DNA of 32,310 nucleotides, taken from contig JBBDJA010000009.1 of assembly GCA_040880105.1 (NCBI GenBank), forward strand, positions 1 to 32,310. The letters run 5' to 3'. Numbering within the stretch: position 1 is the stretch's first letter; every line of letters starts with the position of its first letter. Made by a program: the position numbers and the translations under genes. Positions 17,181 through 26,052 of this stretch are shown here, piece by piece. The DNA comes from Waddliaceae bacterium (lineage in GTDB: Bacteria; Chlamydiota; Chlamydiia; Chlamydiales; SLOH01). The notes under the pieces were generated by a model. That model searched no databases, was not told where the DNA came from, and worked only from the letters and a program-made list of their open reading frames with translations.

Positions 17181-17993
17181 ATGAGTTCAATACAAGGCAA
17201 CGGACCCAATGCTCCGGACCTGAACCCTTCCATTTCAGAGTCCCAATTAGGAGCAACAGGTTCCACTCAACTCAACGAGTCATTTAGAGATGGCATCAGT
17301 TCGGTCTTAAAAAAAGATTCCGATCTACTCGGAGAGGCTTTATACCGTCCTGAAAACCAAAATGTCACAACCCCTCCCGGAGGCGCGAAAAATACAGGAA
17401 ATCCGTTTTTCAGCGCGATTCCGATGAGTGCTTTTTTTCAAATCTTGGCCCAAATAGCAAAAGAGCGCTCGGGAGAGGCATTTGGTGAGGCGATCCATTC
17501 AGCGGAATTTATGGCTAAAGTGGCTGAAGAGGCTAAACACATCGGCCAACTCATTATGGATATCGCAAAAGACCAAGCGGAGATGATGAAGAATGAGGCC
17601 ATTGCGGCCTTCGTTCAAATGGCAGGACATCTTCTTGGAACAGCTTCAGGAATGGCTTATGCAAGCTCACTCAAAGGTAAAAGCCCTGCAGATGGGATGG
17701 CTGACGGCTCATTCCTTAAAGCAAAGATGGCGCAAGAAGCCCCGGGTCAAATCGTCTCATCAGGTGCGCAAGGTTGGGAAAAACTGACTAATGCCGGAAT
17801 CACTTTAGATAAAGGCGCGAAAGAGCAGGTTAAAAAGCTGAGTGAAGACATGGAGAGACAGTTTCAAAAGATGATGCAGTCCTCAGATGAACGGCAAAGA
17901 CAGTTACATGACTCATTCGGTTCAGTCATGCAGCTTCTGACTCAATTGATTCAAGCCTCCACACAGGCCAGCCTGTTCAACCAAAGAGGTTAA
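17181..17993 (+). CDS. Putative minor translocator, CopD/SctB-like (270 aa)
   Basis: Low-complexity N-terminus, one central hydrophobic/Gly-Ala segment (AIAAFVQMAGHLLGTASGMAYA), C-terminal amphipathic helix (FGSVMQLLTQLIQA). Last gene of the translocon block. Confidence 0.55.
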   Translation: MSSIQGNGPNAPDLNPSISESQLGATGSTQLNESFRDGISSVLKKDSDLLGEALYRPENQNVTTPPGGAKNTGNPFFSAIPMSAFFQILAQIAKERSGEAFGEAIHSAEFMAKVAEEAKHIGQLIMDIAKDQAEMMKNEAIAAFVQMAGHLLGTASGMAYASSLKGKSPADGMADGSFLKAKMAQEAPGQIVSSGAQGWEKLTNAGITLDKGAKEQVKKLSEDMERQFQKMMQSSDERQRQLHDSFGSVMQLLTQLIQASTQASLFNQRG

Positions 17994-17996
17994 TGC

Positions 17997-18377
17997 ATGC
18001 TAGACGACATGATTGATGCATTGAAAAGTGAATTGGATACGGAAATTCCGACAGAGGTTCCCGGTGTATGGACACTTCTTCTGGATGATGGGGAGGTTGT
18101 AACGATTACGTCCGTCCCTCAAGGTTTTTATCTTGAGTGCCGTTTTGGGGGATATCCGGATGAAAAGCAGCTTTCGTTCTTCACGCATGCGCTGCATGCC
18201 AATCTCTACTGTGAGGGCACGGAAGACTGCGTACTTGGAATTGATGAGGATGATAAAACCCTTGTGTTATCCGAGGTCATCGAGGTCAATGTCGACTATG
18301 CGGCTTTTAAAGAGATCCTTGAAAAATTTATTAACTCCATCGATTTTTGGAAGGAAGAGGCGCAATCTTTTGTTTAA
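17997..18377 (+). CDS. scc4: T3SS class I chaperone, CesT/SycE family (CT663/Scc4-like)
   Basis: 126 aa, acidic, ALHANLYCEGT...LGID...YAAFKEILEKFINSIDFW pattern. Immediately upstream of cdsD as in Chlamydia. Confidence 0.82.
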   Translation: MLDDMIDALKSELDTEIPTEVPGVWTLLLDDGEVVTITSVPQGFYLECRFGGYPDEKQLSFFTHALHANLYCEGTEDCVLGIDEDDKTLVLSEVIEVNVDYAAFKEILEKFINSIDFWKEEAQSFV

Positions 18378-18428
18378 TTGCGCTATACGGTATAATTTCA
18401 CATAGACAGATATAACAATAATCGAGTT

Positions 18429-20279
18429 ATGGGCGCAAAATTAATCGCAGAACACGGGGAACTTCAAGGACTTGTTTTATCCTTGGAAAAAGGCGAGAAA
18501 TGGCTGATCGGGAGAGATCCGGATCACTGCCAACTTCTGGTCGAGGACCCTTCTGTCTCTCGCAAGCACCTTTTGTGCCGTAAAACGCCCGATGGCATTC
18601 TCATTGAAAATCTAAGTGAAACCAACCCTGCCCTTCTCAATGCGCATGAGCTGACAGAGACCTCCTTACTCAAGGATGGCGATACCATTACTCTCGGTTC
18701 TGAAATCTTTCGTTTTTTTTCCGAATCAACAGCTGAGATTGTCGATGAGGAAGGGGCTGAAATCTCGTTTCTTCAAGAGAGTGAGAATAAGCCGGATTCA
18801 GTCGATGAAAGTGAGCAGTATAAGCCAAAGTCCCTCTACGAAGATGAAGATGAAGAGGCGGAGGGGTCAAAAGGGCTCCTTGCCGAGATTGACTATGGAC
18901 TGACAGAGTCAGGGCGATGGCTACTCAAGGTCATCGGAGGGCCGAATAATGGCGCTGAATTTTCGATGGAGCCGGGAAAAAGCTATGTGATCGGAACCGA
19001 TTCCAAAAGCTGCGATGTCGTCTTCCACGACACAAGCGTCTCAAGGCAACATGCGCGCATCTCCCTTTCTGAAGATGAAGTCATCACAGTCGAAGACCTC
19101 GGCAGTCGAAACGGCACCTTCATGGATGGAGAAAAAATCGAAAAGTCGGAAACCGTCGATCCAAATAACGTCATTACAGTCGGAACCACATCACTTGTGA
19201 TCTACGACCGCGACGGTGAAATGCAGACGATTATCTCTCCCCTACTCCCCTCAATTGTCAAAATCCTACAAAAAGAAGAAGAGAAGGAGAAGCAAGAAGA
19301 TCTTGCGGAAGTTGCACGCCTCAAAGAAGAAAAAGAGAAGGTTGAGGCGAAAGAGAGAGAACAAGATAAAAAAAGCACACTTGGCGGCTTTATGCTAACA
19401 GCCATGATTATCGGTCTTTTATCTCTTGGAACAATTGGAATTATGTCGCTTTTCCAAAGCGAGCCGATCGAACAAGTTACAGAGATTGCGATTCAAGAGC
19501 AGCTAAAGGCAGCTACGAGCCCATTTTCAAACGTTCGCTACACTTTTAACAACACCACACGTCAGCTTCTATTAGTTGGCCATGTGCGCACAGCGACAGA
19601 AAAGTCACAACTAATGTACAGCTTGCAAGGACTTAATTTTATTAATCAAATTGACGATGGCGGAGTTGTAATCGATGAGTATGTGTGGAGAGAGATCAAC
19701 CAGATTTTATCAAGAACTCCAAGATGGAGAGGAATCGCTGTGAGCTCTCCAGAAGCTGGACAGTTTGTCCTCTCAGGCTATCTAGAGACAAGAAGCCAGG
19801 CAGAAGAACTTAGCGATTATTTAACGGCTAACTTCCCCTACCCACACCTTTTAGATATCCGGGTGGTAGTCGAAGAAGATATCGCAAACAGAATAGAGAA
19901 AATCCTTACTACTAACAACATCCACACCGTTACACCGAATATAGCCAATGGCGAGCTGACTTTAACCGGACGGCTCACAGAGGAAAATATTCAAAAACTC
20001 AATCAACTCATCCCTGAATTTAGAGAGATTAACGGCGTGCGCCTTGTCAGAAACCAAGTCACCCAAACCGAGCAGGAGCGTTCGCTTGTCGATATCAGTG
20101 ATCGGTACCAGGTCTCCGGTTTTTCTCGACTTGGAAGCGGAAATGTCAGTGTGATCATCGATGGAAAAATTCTTTCTATCGGAGATACCATAGATGGCAT
20201 GCGAATTGAAGAGATTGATCAGAGACAGATAGTCTTAAGAAGAAATAATGTCCAATATATCATTAATTACAGGCAGTAG
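18429..20279 (+). CDS. cdsD: T3SS inner membrane ring protein SctD with two FHA domains
   Basis: FHA1 (IGRDPDHC...DPSVSRKH), acidic linker, FHA2 (IGTD...DTSVSRQHA...DLGSRNGTF), TM helix (FMLTAMIIGLLSLGTIGIMSLF) and periplasmic BON-like domains. Confidence 0.95.
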   Translation: MGAKLIAEHGELQGLVLSLEKGEKWLIGRDPDHCQLLVEDPSVSRKHLLCRKTPDGILIENLSETNPALLNAHELTETSLLKDGDTITLGSEIFRFFSESTAEIVDEEGAEISFLQESENKPDSVDESEQYKPKSLYEDEDEEAEGSKGLLAEIDYGLTESGRWLLKVIGGPNNGAEFSMEPGKSYVIGTDSKSCDVVFHDTSVSRQHARISLSEDEVITVEDLGSRNGTFMDGEKIEKSETVDPNNVITVGTTSLVIYDRDGEMQTIISPLLPSIVKILQKEEEKEKQEDLAEVARLKEEKEKVEAKEREQDKKSTLGGFMLTAMIIGLLSLGTIGIMSLFQSEPIEQVTEIAIQEQLKAATSPFSNVRYTFNNTTRQLLLVGHVRTATEKSQLMYSLQGLNFINQIDDGGVVIDEYVWREINQILSRTPRWRGIAVSSPEAGQFVLSGYLETRSQAEELSDYLTANFPYPHLLDIRVVVEEDIANRIEKILTTNNIHTVTPNIANGELTLTGRLTEENIQKLNQLIPEFREINGVRLVRNQVTQTEQERSLVDISDRYQVSGFSRLGSGNVSVIIDGKILSIGDTIDGMRIEEIDQRQIVLRRNNVQYIINYRQ

Positions 20280-20317
20280 AGAGAAAAACCCTGCATTTAT
20301 GTATATATAGTAATTAT

Positions 20318-20347
20318 TTGGATAAATTAATGGATTTATGTTAAAAT
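20318..20347 (+). promoter_or_regulatory. Sigma66-type promoter for the cdsE-cdsF operon
   Basis: Extended -10 TGtTAAAAT (20339-20347) with TTGGAT/TGGATA 18/17 bp upstream. Confidence 0.5.
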
Positions 20348-20406
20348 AGAAATAAGGTAAAAAGAGTACATAGGTTAACCAAGTACCCAAGGTAACAAGA
20401 AAAATT

Positions 20407-20643
20407 ATGTTTGGATTAGAAAACAAAGACAATTCGAATGCGGAATTTATCTTCGACTTAGAGAAAGAGCTCTCCGATCGAAATAAACACGAAGATTTAA
20501 GAAAGCATATTCAAGACCAAGTGCTGAAAATTAAAGACATATTAAGAAAGGGAGACAACAAAGAGAGCTACGACAAATTCGGTCAGCTACTCTACGGATA
20601 TATCGCCATTCTAAAAGTGATGTCGCGAATCAATCCGAAATAG
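20407..20643 (+). CDS. cdsE: T3SS needle chaperone CdsE (CT665-like)
   Basis: MFGLE...FIFDLEKEL...LRKG...YDKFGQLLYGYIAILKV pattern. Located between cdsD and cdsF. Confidence 0.88.
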   Translation: MFGLENKDNSNAEFIFDLEKELSDRNKHEDLRKHIQDQVLKIKDILRKGDNKESYDKFGQLLYGYIAILKVMSRINPK

Positions 20644-20650
20644 TAATCGC

Positions 20651-20728
20651 CTTAAACTCGCCATAAGGGCCATCAACTAGAACAACTAATGGTTCTTATA
20701 GTGGGTTTAAGCAAATGCTTAAATTCAC
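20651..20728 (+). promoter_or_regulatory. Structured intergenic RNA element (two alternative hairpins) upstream of cdsF
   Basis: 20651-20673 pairs with 20689-20711 (22 of 23 positions, including 4 G-U). Alternatively 20701-20712 pairs with 20717-20728 (12 bp, including 2 G-U). Confidence 0.6.
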
Positions 20729-20855
20729 AAGAAGAATAAAGTATTGAAGTGATTTAGAAAGACCTTAGGTCAGGAAATGAAATTTCCAGTATAAATGACT
20801 TGTCAATGACTTGATTCTCCAAAATATTGATTATAATAACTATGGAGGATTAGTT

Positions 20856-21137
20856 ATGACCTCGGATTTTAAATATATCGGTAACTTAGACAACGAGCCA
20901 AAATGGCATAGCGGTTTCAGTGCCGATGCGCTTTTTAAACTCATTGACTTTGCCACAGCTAGTGCTAAAGAAAAATTAGCGGCAATTCAAGAAAACAGAA
21001 GCGCGATTAGTATTGGGGACATGTTTGAGATGCAAATGATCATGAACAGATTGTCCCAGCTCTCTGAGATGGCGACTTCTGTTGTAAGTGCCGCACATAC
21101 TGCGACTATGTCAGCATCTAGAAACGTGAAAGGATAA
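20856..21137 (+). CDS. cdsF: T3SS needle subunit SctF (93 aa; start reassigned to ATG 20856)
   Basis: ISIGDMFEMQMIMNRLSQLSEMATSVVSAAHTATMSASRNVKG is the chlamydial needle C-terminus. GGAGG RBS precedes ATG 20856, so the TTG at 20811 is unlikely to be the start. Confidence 0.92.
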   Translation: MTSDFKYIGNLDNEPKWHSGFSADALFKLIDFATASAKEKLAAIQENRSAISIGDMFEMQMIMNRLSQLSEMATSVVSAAHTATMSASRNVKG

Positions 21138-21152
21138 TAAATAAGAGAGCTA

Positions 21153-21173
21153 GCATAGGCAAAGCGCCTATGC
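21153..21173 (+). terminator. GC-rich hairpin downstream of cdsF (leaky terminator or mRNA 3' stabiliser)
   Basis: GCATAGGC-AAAGC-GCCTATGC followed by GTTTGCT (short U tract). Confidence 0.6.
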
Positions 21174-21201
21174 GTTTGCTCCCAAATGTGAGAGAGGTAA
21201 T

Positions 21202-21672
21202 TTGGCTACTGAAGAAACAAAAGAATCGGATGTATTTGAGCCGTTTCGCAAAGACTTCCCCATGCTGATTGAAGCGGGGTTTGTGGCTGTTAAACAGCTA
21301 GATGGCATATGCGCACAAAGGATTTTCCAAGCGGCGCAGATGTTGAACCCACACAATGTCGCCCCTAAAGTGGGGATGGGCTATATCGCTTTAAATAAGC
21401 TGGAACTAAAGGAAGGAAAGCGAATCTTTCAAGAAGTTCTTGAAGAAGAGCCGGATAATTGGCTAGCTCAAACGTTTTTAGGCATTTGCTATTTGCTCTC
21501 AAAAAGCAAGCAAAGCCACGGAGAGAAGTTAATTCAAGAGGCGATGGAAAAGACTGACGATCCAACAATTGTCAATCTAGGAAAAGTCTCTCTTGAGTGG
21601 GCCGAAAAGGACCTCAAGAAAATGAAGTCGCCCTTCTTTCAAGCAGAAGACGCAAACGCCAAAGAAGAGTAA
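21202..21672 (+). CDS. cdsG: T3SS needle chaperone CdsG (CT667-like, TPR)
   Basis: DFPMLIEAGFVAVKQLD...VGMGYIALNKLELK pattern. TTG start with GAGAGG RBS. Located after cdsF. Confidence 0.88.
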   Translation: MATEETKESDVFEPFRKDFPMLIEAGFVAVKQLDGICAQRIFQAAQMLNPHNVAPKVGMGYIALNKLELKEGKRIFQEVLEEEPDNWLAQTFLGICYLLSKSKQSHGEKLIQEAMEKTDDPTIVNLGKVSLEWAEKDLKKMKSPFFQAEDANAKEE

Positions 21673-21713
21673 GCCTCTCAATATTAATAATAACCCCATT
21701 GGAGGGGAATAAA

Positions 21714-22388
21714 ATGGCTGAAGATAAAATTACACAAATTGGAAAAATTGGTGCTAACACAGAGCCACTGAAACCGACTCCCCAAAAAGGAGAGTTTGAT
21801 GAAGTGGTCAAGCAGCAGTCGGATAAGCAAGACGTTAATCAAGCGGCTCCCGAAGCACAAAAGGTAGAGGACGTTGCAAAAACAGCGCCCACCCTTATGG
21901 AAGAGGTGAGCCGGTTAAATAGCCGTGTAGATCACATGACGCGCTCATCCCCTGTAGAGTTGGGACAGCAAACAGATGATCTGATTGCGCAGATTGACGA
22001 TCTCAAAAATACGCTTGAGACTCCCGATCTTAACATTAAGCAGTCGACTCAGACCGTTCTTAGAAATAAAATTCATCATATCGATGAAAGCTTAAAGGTC
22101 GCTCTTGACAAAGCAGGGATTGAGTACGTTCAACCAAACCAAGCAACTGCGGCAACGAACAACCCTGTAGAGAGATTTTTAGGGCTTTTAAGTCACGGTC
22201 AAGACCAGCTGCAGAAGTTAAGCGGACATATTCAAACGATACAAGCAGATCCTAAGCTGCAAAGTCCGGCGCATATGCTTTTAATACAGGTCAAAGTGCA
22301 CCAAATCCAGCAAGAGATTGAGTTGTTTACTGCCATGCTCAACAAAGGGCTTGAGTCTGTGAAAACAACAATGAACATTCAAGTCTAA
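21714..22388 (+). CDS. CT668-like T3SS protein with SctI (inner rod)-like C-terminus (224 aa; start reassigned to ATG 21714)
   Basis: GGAGG RBS before ATG 21714. C-terminus SPAHMLLIQVKVHQIQQEIELFTAMLNKGLESVKTTMNIQV. Located between cdsG and cdsN. Confidence 0.78.
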   Translation: MAEDKITQIGKIGANTEPLKPTPQKGEFDEVVKQQSDKQDVNQAAPEAQKVEDVAKTAPTLMEEVSRLNSRVDHMTRSSPVELGQQTDDLIAQIDDLKNTLETPDLNIKQSTQTVLRNKIHHIDESLKVALDKAGIEYVQPNQATAATNNPVERFLGLLSHGQDQLQKLSGHIQTIQADPKLQSPAHMLLIQVKVHQIQQEIELFTAMLNKGLESVKTTMNIQV

Positions 22389-22416
22389 TCTCGCTTAGTT
22401 CTCGAAGGAGGAACCC

Positions 22417-23733
22417 ATGACGCTCGAGAAGAATCTCGACTCACTCTTAGGCAGCCTCGAGGATGTCAAGCTAGCGACAGTAAACGGACGTATTACCGAA
22501 ACAGTCGGCATGCTCATGAAGGCTATTGTGCCGCAAGTCAAGATCGGCGAGATCTGTCTTGTCAAGCGCGAAGGCGCTCCCTTGTTGACAGAAGTTGTCG
22601 GCTTTACAAGGGACGAGGTCTTCCTCTCCCCTTTAGGTGAAATGAAGGGTGTCGGTCCCTCTTCAGAAGTGATTCCCACAAGACTTTCGCTCCACATTAA
22701 AGTCGGTAAAAATTTACTTGGACGCGTTTTAAATGGAATGGGCGAACCGATTGATGTTGAGGAGAAGGGGCCGCTTGAGCTAGAAGAGACCTACCCCGTC
22801 ATCCAATCTCCCCCCGACCCCCTAAAACGCAAGCGCATTAGCGAGCCTATCTCTGTGGGTATACGCGCAATTGACTCTTGTTTGACAACGGGACTTGGCC
22901 AACGTGTCGGGATTTTTGCTGCCGCCGGGGGTGGTAAATCGACCCTTTTGGGAATGATGGCAAGAAACGCTGTCGCCGATGTCAACGTGATTAGCTTAAT
23001 TGGTGAGCGGGGACGTGAGGTCAGAGACTTTATCGAAAAAGACCTTGGGCCCGAGGGATTAAAGAAGTCTGTTTTAATTGTTTCCACATCGGACCAAGCC
23101 TCGCAGCTTAGGCTTAACGCCGCCTATGTGGGAACAGCAATCGCTGAATACTTCCGAGACCAAGGGATGTCTGTTTTATTTATGATGGACTCAGTTACTA
23201 GGTTTGCTCGCGCATTAAGAGAGGTTGGACTTGCAGCCGGTGAGCCGCCGGCCCGCGCCGGTTACACCCCTTCTGTATTTTCCACGCTGCCAAAGCTTTT
23301 AGAGAGAACCGGTAATTCAGATGTGGGCTCAATCACAGCTTTTTATACAATTTTAGTCGCCGGTGATGACATGAACGAGCCGGTTGCCGATGAAGTGCGC
23401 TCTATTTTGGACGGACACATTATTTTATCCCGCGAACTCGCGCAGAAATACCACTACCCGGCCATTGACATCTTATCTTCTGTGAGTCGTGTGATGGAGT
23501 CTATTGTCAATAAAGAACACTTGGCTTTGTTTGGAAAAATTAAAGAGGTTCTTGCGAATTATAAGAAAAACGAACTGCTGATTAAAATTGGCGAATATAA
23601 GCGCGGGAGCGATAAAGCCGGAGATTTTGCCATCGATCATATCGACAAGGTCAACAACTTTCTCAAGCAAGGAATGGATGAGAAGTGCTCCTGGAATGAA
23701 ACACTGCAGCTCCTACGGGCGCTTTTTAGATAG
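22417..23733 (+). CDS. cdsN: T3SS ATPase SctN
   Basis: Walker [36 protein letters not shown] and [10 protein letters not shown]. Confidence 0.98.
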   Translation: MTLEKNLDSLLGSLEDVKLATVNGRITETVGMLMKAIVPQVKIGEICLVKREGAPLLTEVVGFTRDEVFLSPLGEMKGVGPSSEVIPTRLSLHIKVGKNLLGRVLNGMGEPIDVEEKGPLELEETYPVIQSPPDPLKRKRISEPISVGIRAIDSCLTTGLGQRVGIFAAAGGGKSTLLGMMARNAVADVNVISLIGERGREVRDFIEKDLGPEGLKKSVLIVSTSDQASQLRLNAAYVGTAIAEYFRDQGMSVLFMMDSVTRFARALREVGLAAGEPPARAGYTPSVFSTLPKLLERTGNSDVGSITAFYTILVAGDDMNEPVADEVRSILDGHIILSRELAQKYHYPAIDILSSVSRVMESIVNKEHLALFGKIKEVLANYKKNELLIKIGEYKRGSDKAGDFAIDHIDKVNNFLKQGMDEKCSWNETLQLLRALFR

Positions 23734-23743
23734 AGGGGGCTTT

Positions 23744-24241
23744 ATGGCAACTAAAATTGAATACCCTCTTGAAAAGGTTCTCGAAGTTAAAGTCAAGCGC
23801 GTTGAGGATCAAGAGAGAGTTGTAAAAGTAAAGCTTAAGGAACTTGAACAAGAAGAAGAGAAATTGAAGATATGCGAGGAAAAAAGAAATAAAGTTTTTC
23901 AGCATCTTCAAGAAAAATATAATCAACTGCGCGAAGAGATCGATGGGGGCACGACAAGCCCAAAAGTGTTGCAGATGAAGTTTTATATTAAAGATGTGCA
24001 GGAAAAACTTGAAGTAGAAGAAAAAAAAGTCAAAGACCAAAAAGAAGAGGTCGTAAAGGCTGAACAAGCTCTCAAAGAAGCAAAGGATGAGCTCGCGAGA
24101 AAAAGGCGCGAAGTGGATAAGCTGAAAATTCACAGAGACGACTGGATGAAAGAGAGGAAACTCGAAATCGCGAAAGAACTCGAAAAGGAAATGGATGAGA
24201 TCGGCAACATCACCTATCAGCTTCATATGAGAAAGAGGTGA
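23744..24241 (+). CDS. cdsO: T3SS stalk protein SctO (CT670-like; start reassigned to ATG 23744)
   Basis: YPLEKVLEVK..R N-terminus, all coiled coil, EKEMDEIG near the C-terminus. GAGGGGG RBS. Follows cdsN. Confidence 0.9.
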   Translation: MATKIEYPLEKVLEVKVKRVEDQERVVKVKLKELEQEEEKLKICEEKRNKVFQHLQEKYNQLREEIDGGTTSPKVLQMKFYIKDVQEKLEVEEKKVKDQKEEVVKAEQALKEAKDELARKRREVDKLKIHRDDWMKERKLEIAKELEKEMDEIGNITYQLHMRKR

Positions 24242-24245
24242 AATT

Positions 24246-25214
24246 ATGAATCAAGATTTTAATTTTAAAGTGGATACGGGTAAAGATGACTCTTTTAAAA
24301 AGTCAAGAGCCGCCCCCTATCCCCCGGATAAAGATAAATTTGAGAAAGTGCTGAGTAAGCAGCAGCAAGCAAAAGATGCGGAAAAAGGAGTCAAAGATCC
24401 TGATAAGGAAGATCTCTCTTCCAAAAAAACAGAGAAAAAATCTGTTGAAAAGGAAGGGAAACTTGCAAAAGCAGATCCTTCCCTTTTTGAGTTGCAAAGT
24501 GAGTCAAAAATTTCTAAGGGAGCAATCGCAAACGAAGAGACCGCAGATGAGCCACTGACTTCATTAAAGTCCCTATCTGAAGAGATGTACAAAGACAGTC
24601 TTTCTGCGCTGAATAAGGGAATTAAGGAAGCCGACTTTTCGAAAAATGGAAATGGGGCTCAAGCCGCAATGCCGATGATCAAAAACCTCGAGACAAAAGG
24701 GTTTGCGCAGACAGAAACCGGTGACCAAAAACCAACTGTTGCCATGCAGGAAGTACCAAACATCATGCCGCAAGCTCCCACCGAAAGCGTATCTTCCACA
24801 ACTCCACAGGTCTCACGTGCATCGGAACTGCAGGAAATAGTTGACCAAATTGTCAGTAAGATATACACCTTAACCTTAAAAGGTCAGACAGATACGACTA
24901 TAGAATTGCGACATCCACCCCTATTGGAAGGATCAAATGTGGTGATTTCTTCCTTTAAAAGCGCTAAAGGAGAATTTAACATTCGCTTTGAAAACCTGTC
25001 GACTTCGGCCAAGCAGATGCTAGACTCGCCGCTGAACCAAGACGGTCTAAAAGCTGCGCTTGAGCAAAAAGGGTATGTTGTACATATGATTACAACGACA
25101 ACGCAAAATGAAAGCGCGGAAGCCTTTAAAGGTGGCGGTTTCGCAAAGAATTCCGAGCAGCAAGAAAAAGAACAGCAAAAGAATCAACAACAGGAAGAAG
25201 AAGAACAAGGATGA
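24246..25214 (+). CDS. cdsP: T3SS needle length control protein SctP (CT671-like)
   Basis: Charged disordered N-terminal two-thirds, C-terminal FliK/T3S4-like domain (GQTDTTIELRHPPLLEG...FNIRFENL) and Q/E-rich tail. Located between cdsO and cdsQ. Confidence 0.82.
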   Translation: MNQDFNFKVDTGKDDSFKKSRAAPYPPDKDKFEKVLSKQQQAKDAEKGVKDPDKEDLSSKKTEKKSVEKEGKLAKADPSLFELQSESKISKGAIANEETADEPLTSLKSLSEEMYKDSLSALNKGIKEADFSKNGNGAQAAMPMIKNLETKGFAQTETGDQKPTVAMQEVPNIMPQAPTESVSSTTPQVSRASELQEIVDQIVSKIYTLTLKGQTDTTIELRHPPLLEGSNVVISSFKSAKGEFNIRFENLSTSAKQMLDSPLNQDGLKAALEQKGYVVHMITTTTQNESAEAFKGGGFAKNSEQQEKEQQKNQQQEEEEQG

Positions 25215-26050
25215 CAGAACGATCCATTCTAAAGACGCTTGAAAAGCTTCCCGGAAATCTCATTACACTTGACTCCATTCCAATGCTTGGATCACCACCC
25301 GAGTTCCCTTGGGAAAATTTAACTAATGAATTAAAAGAGTTATTCGGCATTAAAGAGTTACAGTTTACTGTCAATCCGACTAACTGGAAAACAAGTGACA
25401 AATTATTAAGCGGAATATCGAGTCCTGAGCTTTTCGCCATCACTTTAAGTCCGCTTGAAGGCAACCTCTATTTTGCGATGAGCAGCCAAGAGCTTTCAAG
25501 TATTGCATCGCTTCTCTATAACAACACACTAGAATATACCAACCTCCCCGAAGAGGCGTTAAAAGGGTTCTCTCTCTTCTTAGGAGTTGAGGTTCTTTCC
25601 ATCGTTCGAAACTGGGAGGGTCTTGATTCTCTTTCTCCTCAAATTAAGCAAATATCTGAACTTCCCGAACTTGAAATGATTGGAATCGACATAGGGATCT
25701 CTCTCTTTGGACATAGCTTTTGGTCACGTCTTTTGATTTCTCCCACTCTACATGATCATTTAAAAAAGCACTTTCACAAGAAAGTCACCCTTGAGACGAT
25801 GGACGCCGCGCACTTAGAAGCCATCCCGATCACCCTCGGTTTAAACATCGGAGAAGTTACCCTCACGCAAGAAGAGTGGAAAGAGCTTAAACCCGGAGAC
25901 TTTCTATTTCTTGACCATTGCAGCGCTGATTTAAAAAATGAAAAAACAAAAGTACTTCTAACCTTAGATGATATTCCCCTATTTCGCGGAAAAATCAAAT
26001 CAGGTAAGATCAAAATATTAGAACATCCCCTCCGTTACGAAAAAGGATAA
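25211..26050 (+). CDS. cdsQ: SctQ N-terminal part (N-domain + SPOA1)
   Basis: LGSPPEFPW N-terminal motif and SPOA-like IPITLGLNIGEVTLTQEEWKELKPGDFLFLD. Stops before the SPOA2 domain. Confidence 0.82.
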   Translation: MTERSILKTLEKLPGNLITLDSIPMLGSPPEFPWENLTNELKELFGIKELQFTVNPTNWKTSDKLLSGISSPELFAITLSPLEGNLYFAMSSQELSSIASLLYNNTLEYTNLPEEALKGFSLFLGVEVLSIVRNWEGLDSLSPQIKQISELPELEMIGIDIGISLFGHSFWSRLLISPTLHDHLKKHFHKKVTLETMDAAHLEAIPITLGLNIGEVTLTQEEWKELKPGDFLFLDHCSADLKNEKTKVLLTLDDIPLFRGKIKSGKIKILEHPLRYEKG

Positions 26051-26052
26051 AT

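Noticed and set aside
20319..20346. TTATGTTAAAA resembles the XerD arm of a dif site (a similar TTATGTAAAAT occurs at 7880-7890)
   Set aside because: No XerC-like arm ending in ATAA lies 6 bp upstream. Both matches are better explained as -10 promoter elements.
20372..20381. AGGTTAACCA palindrome also present at 28323-28332, upstream of cdsE and cdsC
   Set aside because: Only two short occurrences, one inside the putative MITE-like element. This is not enough to call a shared operator.
23726..24226. 166-aa Phe-rich minus-strand ORF (similar ones at 26093-26391)
   Set aside because: These are antisense readouts of Glu/Lys- or Glu/Asp-rich coding sequence in cdsO and the SctQ C-terminal ORF.
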